Source: an uncultured virus (IMG/VR IMGVR_UViG_3300032167_007731) (lineage: Duplodnaviria > Heunggongvirae > Uroviricota > Caudoviricetes). From it: a stretch of DNA of 64,000 nt. Positions 30,759 to 40,369 of this stretch are shown here, one piece after another (position 1 is the first letter of the stretch; each line of letters starts with the position of its first letter). The position numbers and the translations under genes were made by a program. Under the pieces are notes generated by a model. It searched no databases. It was given only the letters and a program-made list of their open reading frames with translations, and was not told the origin of the DNA. The stretch lies in IMG/VR virus record IMGVR_UViG_3300032167_007731, one strand, 5' to 3'.

Positions 30759-30903
30759 AACAATAACTCTACTATATAGTCCAACTCAACAAAAATTTTA
30801 ACCAAACATCAAACCACCAACCTATTTTATATAAATTGGACTACAACTCAAACCAACTATAAGTTATATTTAACACTCATAATTATATTGAATATTATGT
30901 AGA

Positions 30904-33639
30904 TTAGTTATATTCACCAACAATACTCTTTGTAATAACTTTACGAAGCATATCAAATGGAACAGAAAGAATAGCAACTGCAAATACCACTACCCAACCA
31001 ATAGGATTGAAAGGCACACAACCAAAGAAGTTACCACCAAAGAGAGTTGCAAGAATTGTTACTGCAATAATCGCAAGCCATACCTTGAAGAAAATCTTAT
31101 TCTCACCTATCTTATGGAACAATGAAAGATTTTCTGCACGACAGTTAAATACATTAAACATAGCAGTAATAATAAACAATGGGAAAATACCTGTTTTTGC
31201 CTGTGCAGCATCACCAAACAATGCACTAATAACAGGAACCTTACAAATAACAATACTCATAATTGTCAAATAAAGACCCATAATCGTAAACTGAATAAAC
31301 ATAGCCTTATTTACAATCTTATCATCTCTATTTCTTGGCTTTTCATCCATATATCTTTCAAGAGCAGGTTCATTACCAAGCATAATAGAACTCAAACTAT
31401 CCATTACAAGATTTACAAACAAAAGCATTACAACTGTAAGAGGTGTTTCAATACCAATGAAAGGAGCCAAAGCACTAAGTACAACTGCACCTACATTGAT
31501 AGATAACTGAACCTTACAGAACTTCAAAATGTTATGGAAAATTGTTCTACCATACCAAATTGCATCCACAATAGACTTAAAGTTATCATCAAGAATTACA
31601 AGGTCTGCTGCTTCTTTAGCACCCTCTGTACCACTACCCATAGCAAAACCAACGTCTGCACTCTTAAGAGCAGGGGCATCATTGATACCATCACCTGTCA
31701 TACCACCTACAAGACCAAGTTCACGACAAAGTTTTGTCATTCTTGACTTATCAGTAGGAAGTGCTCTTGCAATAACTCTAATCTTCTTCATAATAGCCTT
31801 AACATCTTCATCAGAAAGTTTATTAAGAACTGCACTTGTAAGAGCAACAGTATCTTTACCCTCTGTAAGTTCAAGAATATTAGACTTACCATTTTCATCA
31901 ACAGAAATATCAATATCTCTGATTACATCAATAGAACCTGTAAGAAGTCCTGCTGATTTTGCAATAGCAACAGCAGTTTCAAGTCTGTCACCTGTAATCA
32001 TAACAACCTGAATACCTGCATTTTGAGCCTTTTCAATAGAACTCTTTGCTTCAGGTCTTACTTCGTCACGAATACCTACAAAACCTATAATTACAACATC
32101 TTCATTGATTGAATTTTCTGTCATTGAAGATTCACTATAACCAAATGCAAGAACTCTCTTAGCATCTTCTGCAAGTTCATCAATCTTCTTATTTACAACA
32201 GATAAATCAATATCAACTACTTCACCACTTGCATTTAAGCACTTTGTAGCCTTCTCCAAAAGTCTTTCAGGAGCACCCTTATAGAATGTTTTACCAAGAC
32301 TTTCAATTCTTGCCTGTGAGAACTTATTAGCACTATTAAATGCCTGTGATTCTTTAATTTCATACTCTTTTGTAAGAGTATTAAATCTATCTTCTGTTAA
32401 GAATTTCATAAGAGCCTGGTCTGTTGCATTACCACCAACAACTCTATGTTCACCATCAAACATAGCATTAGTATTTCTACCAATAGCAATATTCATAAGG
32501 TTTCTAATAGCATTATTTTCAGACTTATCAAAATTCTTACCATCTGCACCAAATACATCAACTACTTCAAGTTCACCCTTTGTAATTGTACCTGTCTTAT
32601 CACTAAAAAGAATATTGATACTACCTGCTGTTTCAATACCTACTGCCTTACGAACAAGACAATTATGTTCAAGCAATCTACCTGTATTCTGCATAAGTAC
32701 CAATGAAATCATAAGAGGTAATCCTTCAGGAACAGCACATACAATAATTACAATAGCAACCATTACAGCTTCAATTACACTCTTAAAAACTTCAAGCCAA
32801 CCTGTAGCCAACCAAGGCTCAATACCACCTGCACCTACAATAAAGTGAATAAGGTATGCAATAGAGATAATTATAGCACCAGCATAACCAAACTTTGAAA
32901 TCTGATTTGCAAGAACACTCAACTTTTCTTTCAAAGGAGAAGTTTCTTCTGCGTCTGCCATATCTTCTGCCATTTTACCCATCATTGTCTTCATACCGAC
33001 CTTCTGGATTTCCATAAGACCTTCACCATTATAAACAATAGCACCCTTAAAAAGACTATGCTTATCTGTGAAAGTATCACCTGTAATTTCTTCAGGAATT
33101 GTAAATCCTTCAGGTGCTTCAAACTTCTTACATTCCTCTGCTTCACCATTAAGAGCACTATTATTTACTCTCAAATCACCCTGAACTAACACACCATCAG
33201 CAGGAATCTTATCACCTGACTGAAGAATAACAATATCACCAACAACAATGTCATCTACTTCTACAACAGCAACTACACCGTCACGATACACTTTAACCGT
33301 ATCTTTCTTTGTAGAATTCTTTAATTTTCTATAAGCCTTATCAGATGAAAGACTTGTCTTTGCAGAGATGAAGTTTACAAGAACAATGGCTACAATTGTA
33401 CCAACAGGTTCAAACCAAGATACTGAATCAGCAGGAATAACACCTACAAGACCAAGTACATAAAGTACAATCATAAGTGCAGAGATACCACAAAGAATTT
33501 TAATCATTGGGTCTCCAAAACCCTCCATAAATGCTTCCCAAAATGTAGGGGGCTCAGCTTCTACAATGACATTAGAGCCATACTTCTTTCTGCTTTCCTC
33601 TACTTCACTTGTCGTAAGACCTTTAAAAAGTTTACTCAC
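30904..33639 (-). CDS. P-type cation (Ca2+-type, P2) ATPase
   Basis: VPEGLPL, DKTGT, KGAPE, MITGD, TGDGINDAPAL. The actuator motif reads NGEA rather than TGES. About 10 TM helices. Confidence 0.93.
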   Translation of the reverse strand: MSKLFKGLTTSEVEESRKKYGSNVIVEAEPPTFWEAFMEGFGDPMIKILCGISALMIVLYVLGLVGVIPADSVSWFEPVGTIVAIVLVNFISAKTSLSSDKAYRKLKNSTKKDTVKVYRDGVVAVVEVDDIVVGDIVILQSGDKIPADGVLVQGDLRVNNSALNGEAEECKKFEAPEGFTIPEEITGDTFTDKHSLFKGAIVYNGEGLMEIQKVGMKTMMGKMAEDMADAEETSPLKEKLSVLANQISKFGYAGAIIISIAYLIHFIVGAGGIEPWLATGWLEVFKSVIEAVMVAIVIIVCAVPEGLPLMISLVLMQNTGRLLEHNCLVRKAVGIETAGSINILFSDKTGTITKGELEVVDVFGADGKNFDKSENNAIRNLMNIAIGRNTNAMFDGEHRVVGGNATDQALMKFLTEDRFNTLTKEYEIKESQAFNSANKFSQARIESLGKTFYKGAPERLLEKATKCLNASGEVVDIDLSVVNKKIDELAEDAKRVLAFGYSESSMTENSINEDVVIIGFVGIRDEVRPEAKSSIEKAQNAGIQVVMITGDRLETAVAIAKSAGLLTGSIDVIRDIDISVDENGKSNILELTEGKDTVALTSAVLNKLSDEDVKAIMKKIRVIARALPTDKSRMTKLCRELGLVGGMTGDGINDAPALKSADVGFAMGSGTEGAKEAADLVILDDNFKSIVDAIWYGRTIFHNILKFCKVQLSINVGAVVLSALAPFIGIETPLTVVMLLFVNLVMDSLSSIMLGNEPALERYMDEKPRNRDDKIVNKAMFIQFTIMGLYLTIMSIVICKVPVISALFGDAAQAKTGIFPLFIITAMFNVFNCRAENLSLFHKIGENKIFFKVWLAIIAVTILATLFGGNFFGCVPFNPIGWVVVFAVAILSVPFDMLRKVITKSIVGEYN

Positions 33640-33673
33640 TACAAATACCTCCTAAATTTTTAATTACTTTTAT

Positions 33674-33702
33674 ATTATAACATAAGTATTCCTTTTTGTC
33701 AA
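33674..33702 (-). promoter_or_regulatory. Consensus sigma-A promoter TTGACA-17-TATAAT
   Basis: Perfect consensus with extended TG upstream of the ATPase. Confidence 0.85.
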
Positions 33703-33707
33703 CACTT

Positions 33708-34502
33708 TTATTTAATATTTTTTAAGTGATTTGACAACACATTTTTAAGAAGAACAGGTGTTCCTCTTAAACCTGATGGAATTAAAGACATTTTATCAGT
33801 TACACATATATAATCAAGAACTTCACTACCGTTTGGAATGAATACTTTATCTGCTATCTGTAAAAAATCTTTATCTAACTTACCATCACCACAAGCCATT
33901 AAATATTTACAATTAAGTTCTTTTTTCAAGAATTTAAGTGCATTTTCCTTTGAAATTTCATTAGGAATAATATACAACTTCAATCCTTGTAATGTATAAG
34001 ACCAAATCTTCTTATCTAATGTCTTATCTAAAAAGTCTAAAAACTTTTCAATATCCTCAGAGTTATCATTCATCTTCACATAATAGAATACACCATCTAC
34101 ACAACGCATTTTCTTTTCAAAAGCATACTCAAAAGGTGATACAATATCAGGTATAGTATCAAAAACTTTTGCATACTTTTTCATTACTTCTTTAATATGC
34201 CTTTCCCATTTATCATACTTCTTACCTTTATGTAAAATAACCCCACCATTTGTTGTAATAGCATATTCACAATCTTGAATAGAAGATACACGCTTATATT
34301 GTTCTACTGACCTAGTAGTTACAGGTATAAAACCTAAACCCCTTGTATTTTTTATTTTGTCAAGTAAACTCAAGCTTTCCTCTAACATATATGAAATTTC
34401 TTTACCCTCAAGAGTTTCTATACAAATAGGACTCATATTGTTTTCAATAAACTTTGAGGAAAACATTAAACTTCTATCTAGGTCAGTAGCAAATATATTC
34501 AT
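33708..34502 (-). CDS. HAD-superfamily phosphatase (Ter-associated)
   Basis: FATDLDRSL, PVTTRS, NGG, SKENAL, CGDGKLD. Confidence 0.88.
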   Translation of the reverse strand: MNIFATDLDRSLMFSSKFIENNMSPICIETLEGKEISYMLEESLSLLDKIKNTRGLGFIPVTTRSVEQYKRVSSIQDCEYAITTNGGVILHKGKKYDKWERHIKEVMKKYAKVFDTIPDIVSPFEYAFEKKMRCVDGVFYYVKMNDNSEDIEKFLDFLDKTLDKKIWSYTLQGLKLYIIPNEISKENALKFLKKELNCKYLMACGDGKLDKDFLQIADKVFIPNGSEVLDYICVTDKMSLIPSGLRGTPVLLKNVLSNHLKNIK

Positions 34503-34529
34503 TAAAATAACTCCTTGTCTTTATTTTTC

Positions 34530-35441
34530 TTAAACTCTCTTATTTCTCAACCAATCAGGATACTGGTCTAAAAGCATTTCAAATAACTGTTCATCTGAAA
34601 GTCTTTCCATATCAGCAACCTTGATAAATCCTGTATTATCTACAGGTCTTCCTGAAAGGTCATCAAGTCTTTCAAGATAATCAAATCTCTCATTACCAAT
34701 ACCTACAAACTGAATAAAGATATTCTTATAAGAAGATTCTTTAATAATTTCATTTGTTGCACGCTTATCATCATTTGCACCATCTGTAATAAATACTACA
34801 AAAGTAGGCACATTAGAAGTAGCAGCGTCTTCTACAAAATACTTTCTCAAAACATCCTGAATTACAGGTGCATAAGAAGTACAACCCATCTTATAACCTT
34901 TACTCATAATGTTTTCCTGAACATAACTTTCAAAATTACTCAAATCCATAGACTCTGTTCTGATAAATGAATTATGGAAAAGCCACACATCAAGTTCTCC
35001 ATTATCATCAAAACGAAGTGCCAAAGGCATAAGACGAGTAAGCAATCTCTGAACTGCACCATTTCTATAAAGACTACCCATTGAACCTGAATAATCCATT
35101 ACAACTGCAACTTTAGCTCTATGTCCATCAAAATTAAATCCTGATTTCTTTTCAAGATTAATAATTGACTTATCAAGAGAAATTACAGACTTTTTAAGAC
35201 TAATACCTGCTGCTGTATCAGGAATATTTTTTGTTAAATCTACCTTTGTTACAACAGGTGTAGGCTTTTTAACCCAATTAGCACCATCATAGATATACAT
35301 TTCTCTTACCCACTGTGAACCATTCCACACTTCATATTCCTGTTCCCACTGACCTTGTGCATTCTGAACTGCCTGACTCACAGGTCTTGGTGTTGTATCA
35401 ACAGGAGTACCACCATTATTATTGTTACCAAATCCAAACAT
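34530..35441 (-). CDS. vWA domain protein (Ter-associated)
   Basis: MIDAS DYSGSM…T(SYAP)…FITDG; FIQFVGIG…LERLDDLSGRPVDN. Confidence 0.9.
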   Translation of the reverse strand: MFGFGNNNNGGTPVDTTPRPVSQAVQNAQGQWEQEYEVWNGSQWVREMYIYDGANWVKKPTPVVTKVDLTKNIPDTAAGISLKKSVISLDKSIINLEKKSGFNFDGHRAKVAVVMDYSGSMGSLYRNGAVQRLLTRLMPLALRFDDNGELDVWLFHNSFIRTESMDLSNFESYVQENIMSKGYKMGCTSYAPVIQDVLRKYFVEDAATSNVPTFVVFITDGANDDKRATNEIIKESSYKNIFIQFVGIGNERFDYLERLDDLSGRPVDNTGFIKVADMERLSDEQLFEMLLDQYPDWLRNKRV

Positions 35442-35506
35442 TAAAAAAACCTCACTTTACTTTTAAAAATTTTATATATTTACTACTTTATAGTATTTAC
35501 TATACA

Positions 35507-36517
35507 TTATAAAACAATAGGTGTTTCAATCTGTGTTACTTTCATATCAACTTGTTTTATATTAGGTAACTTTGAAATTTTACCATTTACAAGTTGCTCT
35601 ATTGCCAAAGCCAAGAAATTAACACCTACTTTATCTGCAATATGAGAACCACCACTCATTCTTGTATTAACTTCAAGAAGATAAGGTATTCCATTATGCC
35701 ATCTAATTTGCAAATTATAAGGACCCTCTATCTTAAAATCTTTTGCAAATTTTTCTGCTAACATAAGTAAATCAGGTTCAAATGTAATTTTTGTTACCCT
35801 TCCCTCTTTCATACGAGGTACTGCAATCAAACAATTACTTGTCTGCAAACAATCAATACTTACTTCAGGACCTATCAAATAAGGCAATACAAGAAGGTCA
35901 TCAAATCTATCTACTGAACCAAGCATTTCACAAACATCTTTATAAGAAATCTTTGCACCTGAACCTAATTCAAGAGATTCAATACTAGACATTCTATCAT
36001 CTATTACCCTAAATGAAGTCGCACCCTCACCACGAGCATATTTAATACATACCCTATTAGATGGAGTTTTCAAATCTGCATATGCTCTTTCAAATTCTTC
36101 AAGAGTATTAACACAAAAATGTTCAGGTATAGGCAAATTCTTTACATTTGAATAAGTTAAATACTTATCATTTAACATATTCATTAGCTCATAATCACGA
36201 ATAACAAGAACCTTTATTCCCCTATCCTCAAACTCTTTTAAATGCTTTGATACCCATACCATATTCCTACGAGGTACAAAAACATCTATTTTATGAGTAG
36301 TACAAAAGCCTAAGCACCAACCTATGTATTGTTCTTCATTCAAACCCTCTGGTTCTACATAAAACTCATTACACATAAGTTTATAAACACAATCCTCTTT
36401 GGCATTTGTACCTATAAATTCTACCCTTTTATTAGGAAAAATCTCAATAAAATCTCTTTTTGCATTCTCTATAAGTCTATATGCAGTACTAAACCAATGA
36501 TTTAACCAAATACGCAA
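35507..36517 (-). CDS. ATP-grasp protein (Ter biosynthetic module)
   Basis: MRIWLNHWFSTAY, DKYLTY, EVSIDCL, YNLQ, LLEVNTRMSGG. Confidence 0.88.
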   Translation of the reverse strand: MRIWLNHWFSTAYRLIENAKRDFIEIFPNKRVEFIGTNAKEDCVYKLMCNEFYVEPEGLNEEQYIGWCLGFCTTHKIDVFVPRRNMVWVSKHLKEFEDRGIKVLVIRDYELMNMLNDKYLTYSNVKNLPIPEHFCVNTLEEFERAYADLKTPSNRVCIKYARGEGATSFRVIDDRMSSIESLELGSGAKISYKDVCEMLGSVDRFDDLLVLPYLIGPEVSIDCLQTSNCLIAVPRMKEGRVTKITFEPDLLMLAEKFAKDFKIEGPYNLQIRWHNGIPYLLEVNTRMSGGSHIADKVGVNFLALAIEQLVNGKISKLPNIKQVDMKVTQIETPIVL

Positions 36518-36535
36518 AGTTTATTCCCCCCTTTA

Positions 36536-37642
36536 TTATAAATCTGCTACATCTTTTATAATGCCACAAACATTATACTTCTTCAAATCTACATACTCAA
36601 TGGGAACATTCTTTTCTTCACACAGACGCTTAATATGTTTCAAATATTTTTCATCTGCACCATTGCGTATCAAAACTCTATCAGGTAATCTTCTCAAAAG
36701 TACACGAGTTGTTTCACCTACGCCTGGCTTAATCTTATTTACATCTTCAACTCCATACTTCTTACCTATCTCTTTTACTTCATCAATACCCTTAAAATTC
36801 TCATCCAACTCTGCAATAGAGGGCTTAAAGTCATTGACTACTTCTTTTGTAAAATACTTACAAACAGTATCAATAAACTCAATAGACTTATCTTCATTAA
36901 GATATTCCTCATAGAATACACCACCATGAAGTTCATCATCTGTCATAGTACTCAACTTAACTGTTCTACTTACTAAACCGCTAACTGTTGCATTAAGACA
37001 AGCACTTGGAATAAGAAAATCCTGACGAGTACCATAAAGTTCTGTTACACTTGCAGGGTCACTTAATACTGCTAAATCCGCTGAAAGATTTTCAAGACCA
37101 CTAAACTTATTTGCAAATCTTTCTTTAAGGTCATTAACTGCTTCTTGAAGTACCTTATTAATGGCACCTTTACCTACCCAACCATCAACAAACTGAATTC
37201 CTTCTGGCTCACTTATTGCAAGAATATACTCCATAGCCTTTACATCAATGCCTTTACCTCTTATAATAGAAATAGAGTAATGAGGAACAGTAAAGTTATA
37301 CTTATACTGAATATATCTTTTCAAAAGAATACCAATAGGTGTACCTGCCCTTGCAAGAGATACAATCACGAGTTTATGACCTTTTAATGCCCATAACTTA
37401 TCTGCTAAAAGCATTGTTGCTACTGCTGTTTCATAAGAAAGAGTATTCAATGCCTCATTATATATTTCCATATACTTTTCAGTAGGCTTATATTCTAAAG
37501 GCAACATTTCAGAATAATGAACTCCACTCTGATTTAACTTTTCTCTTTCTACAGTATCAAGAATAGGTACTTTTCCTTTAACATCCTGCAAAAGAATTTT
37601 AACATCCTCTGCACTATAACTTGTTTTTACTAAATTTTCCAT
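36536..37642 (-). CDS. StiP-like cysteine protease / PELOTA-like RNA-binding domain protein (Ter module)
   Basis: QSGVHYSEMLPLEY, SLARAGTPIG, FVDGWVGKGAI, IPSACLNATVSGL, KIKPGVGETTRVLLRR. Confidence 0.85.
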   Translation of the reverse strand: MENLVKTSYSAEDVKILLQDVKGKVPILDTVEREKLNQSGVHYSEMLPLEYKPTEKYMEIYNEALNTLSYETAVATMLLADKLWALKGHKLVIVSLARAGTPIGILLKRYIQYKYNFTVPHYSISIIRGKGIDVKAMEYILAISEPEGIQFVDGWVGKGAINKVLQEAVNDLKERFANKFSGLENLSADLAVLSDPASVTELYGTRQDFLIPSACLNATVSGLVSRTVKLSTMTDDELHGGVFYEEYLNEDKSIEFIDTVCKYFTKEVVNDFKPSIAELDENFKGIDEVKEIGKKYGVEDVNKIKPGVGETTRVLLRRLPDRVLIRNGADEKYLKHIKRLCEEKNVPIEYVDLKKYNVCGIIKDVADL

Positions 37643-37660
37643 AACTATTTATCAATTCCT

Positions 37661-38884
37661 TTACAGACAAATTATTTTAAACTCTTTATCATTATTATCA
37701 CAATAAAGTTTAAGAGCATTTACAAACTCATTCTTTACACCCTTTTCAGTCACTACAATCATTTTATTATAATCACCATTAAGATTATATAAATATGTTC
37801 TACGAGAAGAGTCATAAGCACTTGGAAGCGTTATACCATCACTTACAATATAACCCTCTTCTTTACAAGGTGTTATAGGACTTCTTGTTGTCGCTCTAAA
37901 CTTAATTGACTTACATAAATCAAGATTTTCAGAAATTTTTGAAAATAAACCCATACTCATAGGATAGAACATAAATTCCTCTGTACCTACTACCATAATT
38001 GAGTCCTCTTTATCAATCATTTCTGCTATACACATATTTATATCAGTCATTGTTTCTAACTGTTTATCAAAATCATCAACTGACAATCCTAATCTTGCAT
38101 TATGAATAACTGATTTATAATTAGAAGAAATATTTACCACACCACTATTTTGATTTGTAAAATAATCTTCAACTTCATTTTCCTCTATATCAATAAAGGG
38201 AACATTATCTTTTAATTCACCTGATACAAGATAAATTCTATCTATATCCATATCTTCATATTTCTTTATAGACTCTTTATTTTGCCAGTTAAGAATAGAA
38301 GCAACTGAATATTTACATTTAGGATTTATTTTACTAAATTCTGAAATAAAATTCAAAATTGTCTTACCTGTTGTTATTTCATCTTCAATAAATATAACCC
38401 TATTAAAGTTTGGCATTTCACCTTTGCAATAAAGATACTGATTTACTGCATGACTATGTTCTTCTGAAAAGTCAAATAATTTTTTACAATCATATTCTTC
38501 TCTACTTGTCTGCATATATGCCACAAACTCAACAGGAAGTTCAGTTGCATAATACATAAGTGTTGCCATAGTCTCACCAATAGCAGTAGCAGTCTCAGCA
38601 AAACCTACAATTAATACCTTTTCACCTTTATGCTTTTCCTTTGCAAACTCATAACCAATCTGCTCAAAAAGTTCAACATAAAGACGAGAAATTGTAGCAG
38701 GGTCTTCAGGGATGTGTTTTCCTTGATACCTATTTACAAAAAGGTATTGCCTTTTTGCATTATTCTTTCTTTTACAAATATGTACCATATCTTCCACATC
38801 AAACGAAGATAAATTTTGTTTTATATCTACAAAATCTGCAACTTTTAAATTATACATTCTCTGTTTCCTCCGCCAAAACGCCAT
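37661..38884 (-). CDS. Phosphoribosyltransferase + TRSP domain protein (Ter module)
   Basis: KRQYLFV…GKHIP, GFAETATAIG, FSEEHSHA, FIEDEITTGKT, GTEEFMF, TTRSP. Likely start ~38857. Confidence 0.87.
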   Translation of the reverse strand: MAFWRRKQRMYNLKVADFVDIKQNLSSFDVEDMVHICKRKNNAKRQYLFVNRYQGKHIPEDPATISRLYVELFEQIGYEFAKEKHKGEKVLIVGFAETATAIGETMATLMYYATELPVEFVAYMQTSREEYDCKKLFDFSEEHSHAVNQYLYCKGEMPNFNRVIFIEDEITTGKTILNFISEFSKINPKCKYSVASILNWQNKESIKKYEDMDIDRIYLVSGELKDNVPFIDIEENEVEDYFTNQNSGVVNISSNYKSVIHNARLGLSVDDFDKQLETMTDINMCIAEMIDKEDSIMVVGTEEFMFYPMSMGLFSKISENLDLCKSIKFRATTRSPITPCKEEGYIVSDGITLPSAYDSSRRTYLYNLNGDYNKMIVVTEKGVKNEFVNALKLYCDNNDKEFKIICL

Positions 38885-39929
38885 AAACCTCTGCCATACC
38901 TACAATTTTACGAGCCCAAGAAGTATGAGGTTTAACCTCATTCATTTTATTATTATTATAACCTTTCTTCACACCAGCAAGACCATTTGACATACCAAGA
39001 ATTGAAATAGCATCCTTATAATTCTCATAAGTTACTACACAATTTTCCTGAATATACTTCAACTGTGCAGGATGGATACAAGTCTTACCACAAAAACCAT
39101 TTAACTTATCAAATCTTAATTCCTTTTTAAGACCCTCACTCCAAGCACCAGGAATACCCTCACTATTGAAATACTCCCATACTGGACCACTACATACATA
39201 ATTACGAGCAAACACATTGATAATATCTGAAAGACAATCATTTATTACACTCATATCATAAATCTTTGCGTCAATAGGTCTTCTAATACCAAAAATACCA
39301 CAAAAATCTGTTGCACCTACACGAATATTAAGTACATAATCAGAATAAAGTACCAATTTATCATTTATATAAATAAGTTGGTCCATACGACGCTGACGAT
39401 ACATTACATTCTTATCTTCAATAATAGGCATTATGTAAATAGGTCTCTTATTAGATTTCATATAAGCCTGAAGAACCTTATCAAATTCTTCCAAATAAGC
39501 ATCACAATTATCCTTATTGAATTTTGGAAGATTAAAACCTGTAACCATACTAAAATTACGAGTTCCACAAATTCTATAAATTCTACTTACCTGTTTTGGT
39601 TCTCTTACTCTTATAAAAATAAGAGGAATTTCATTTATAGTCAATCTTCCTTCTTCAACAGCAACATATAACTGATGAAGTGTATCCTTCAAACAAAGTT
39701 CTGCCTGTTTTACAGCGTCATCACCTATTGCATCTTCAAGACAAAGACAAATAGACTTAATTTTAGGATTTCTTTTTTCAATAATATCAGTTGCAATCTT
39801 TGTATTTGTTGCAGGTGAATAAAGCAACGCACCTACTGCATACTGAAGAACCTCTTTTGGACTATTTCTATTCCATTCACAAGGTTCAATACTTAATTTC
39901 AAATCGTCATAGCAATACTTCATTTTCAA
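38850..39929 (-). CDS. HpcH/HpaI aldolase / citrate-lyase-beta-like protein (Ter module)
   Basis: GALLYSPA, CLEDAI, FIRVR, LPKF, MPIIE, RVGATDF, GKTCIHP, KMNE. Confidence 0.88.
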   Translation of the reverse strand: MKMKYCYDDLKLSIEPCEWNRNSPKEVLQYAVGALLYSPATNTKIATDIIEKRNPKIKSICLCLEDAIGDDAVKQAELCLKDTLHQLYVAVEEGRLTINEIPLIFIRVREPKQVSRIYRICGTRNFSMVTGFNLPKFNKDNCDAYLEEFDKVLQAYMKSNKRPIYIMPIIEDKNVMYRQRRMDQLIYINDKLVLYSDYVLNIRVGATDFCGIFGIRRPIDAKIYDMSVINDCLSDIINVFARNYVCSGPVWEYFNSEGIPGAWSEGLKKELRFDKLNGFCGKTCIHPAQLKYIQENCVVTYENYKDAISILGMSNGLAGVKKGYNNNKMNEVKPHTSWARKIVGMAEVYGVLAEETENV

Positions 39930-40228
39930 AACTCCTTATTATTTTTTCTTTCTTTTTCTTTTAAATACTTTTTATGCTTATGAGCCTGTGCATTAGACTG
40001 ATTTGAAAGTAAATATTCTTTTTCTGACTGACTAATATCACACACACTCAATTCTGCTAAAATCTTATCAAACAATACAGGACTTACTTTCATTCTATAA
40101 CCACGAATATCTGTGATTACTTGAGAATGAACACCTACACGAGATGCCAAAGTTTTTACTGAAATACCCTGCTTTATCTGATTCATTTTTATACATTCCA
40201 CAATATCTCTGTAATTCAAATAAACCAC
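39926..40228 (-). CDS. Small XRE-like HTH protein
   Basis: GISVKTLASRVGVHSQVI; first gene after a sigma-A promoter and coupled to the Ter module. Confidence 0.55.
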   Translation of the reverse strand: MVYLNYRDIVECIKMNQIKQGISVKTLASRVGVHSQVITDIRGYRMKVSPVLFDKILAELSVCDISQSEKEYLLSNQSNAQAHKHKKYLKEKERKNNKEF

Positions 40229-40261
40229 CTAACTATTCTTTATTTTTCTTACGATATGACT

Positions 40262-40290
40262 ATTATAACACAATTAGGCTTTATTGTCAA
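40262..40290 (-). promoter_or_regulatory. Consensus sigma-A promoter TTGACA-17-TATAAT
   Basis: Perfect consensus with extended TG, heading the Ter biosynthetic operon. Confidence 0.85.
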
Positions 40291-40324
40291 TACCTAATTT
40301 AAATTTTTTAAAACTTTTTTTTAT

Positions 40325-40358
40325 AAAAAAAAGAAAAGCCTTAAAATAAGGCTTTTCT
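40325..40358 (-). terminator. Rho-independent terminator after pckA
   Basis: agaaaagcctta-aaa-taaggcttttct with a T run on the minus strand. Confidence 0.75.
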
Positions 40359-40369
40359 CTCACATTTTA

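Noticed and set aside
33640..33707. Metal-sensing (yybP-ykoY) riboswitch upstream of the P-type ATPase
   Set aside because: The promoter lies about 35 nt from the start codon, leaving no room for an aptamer.
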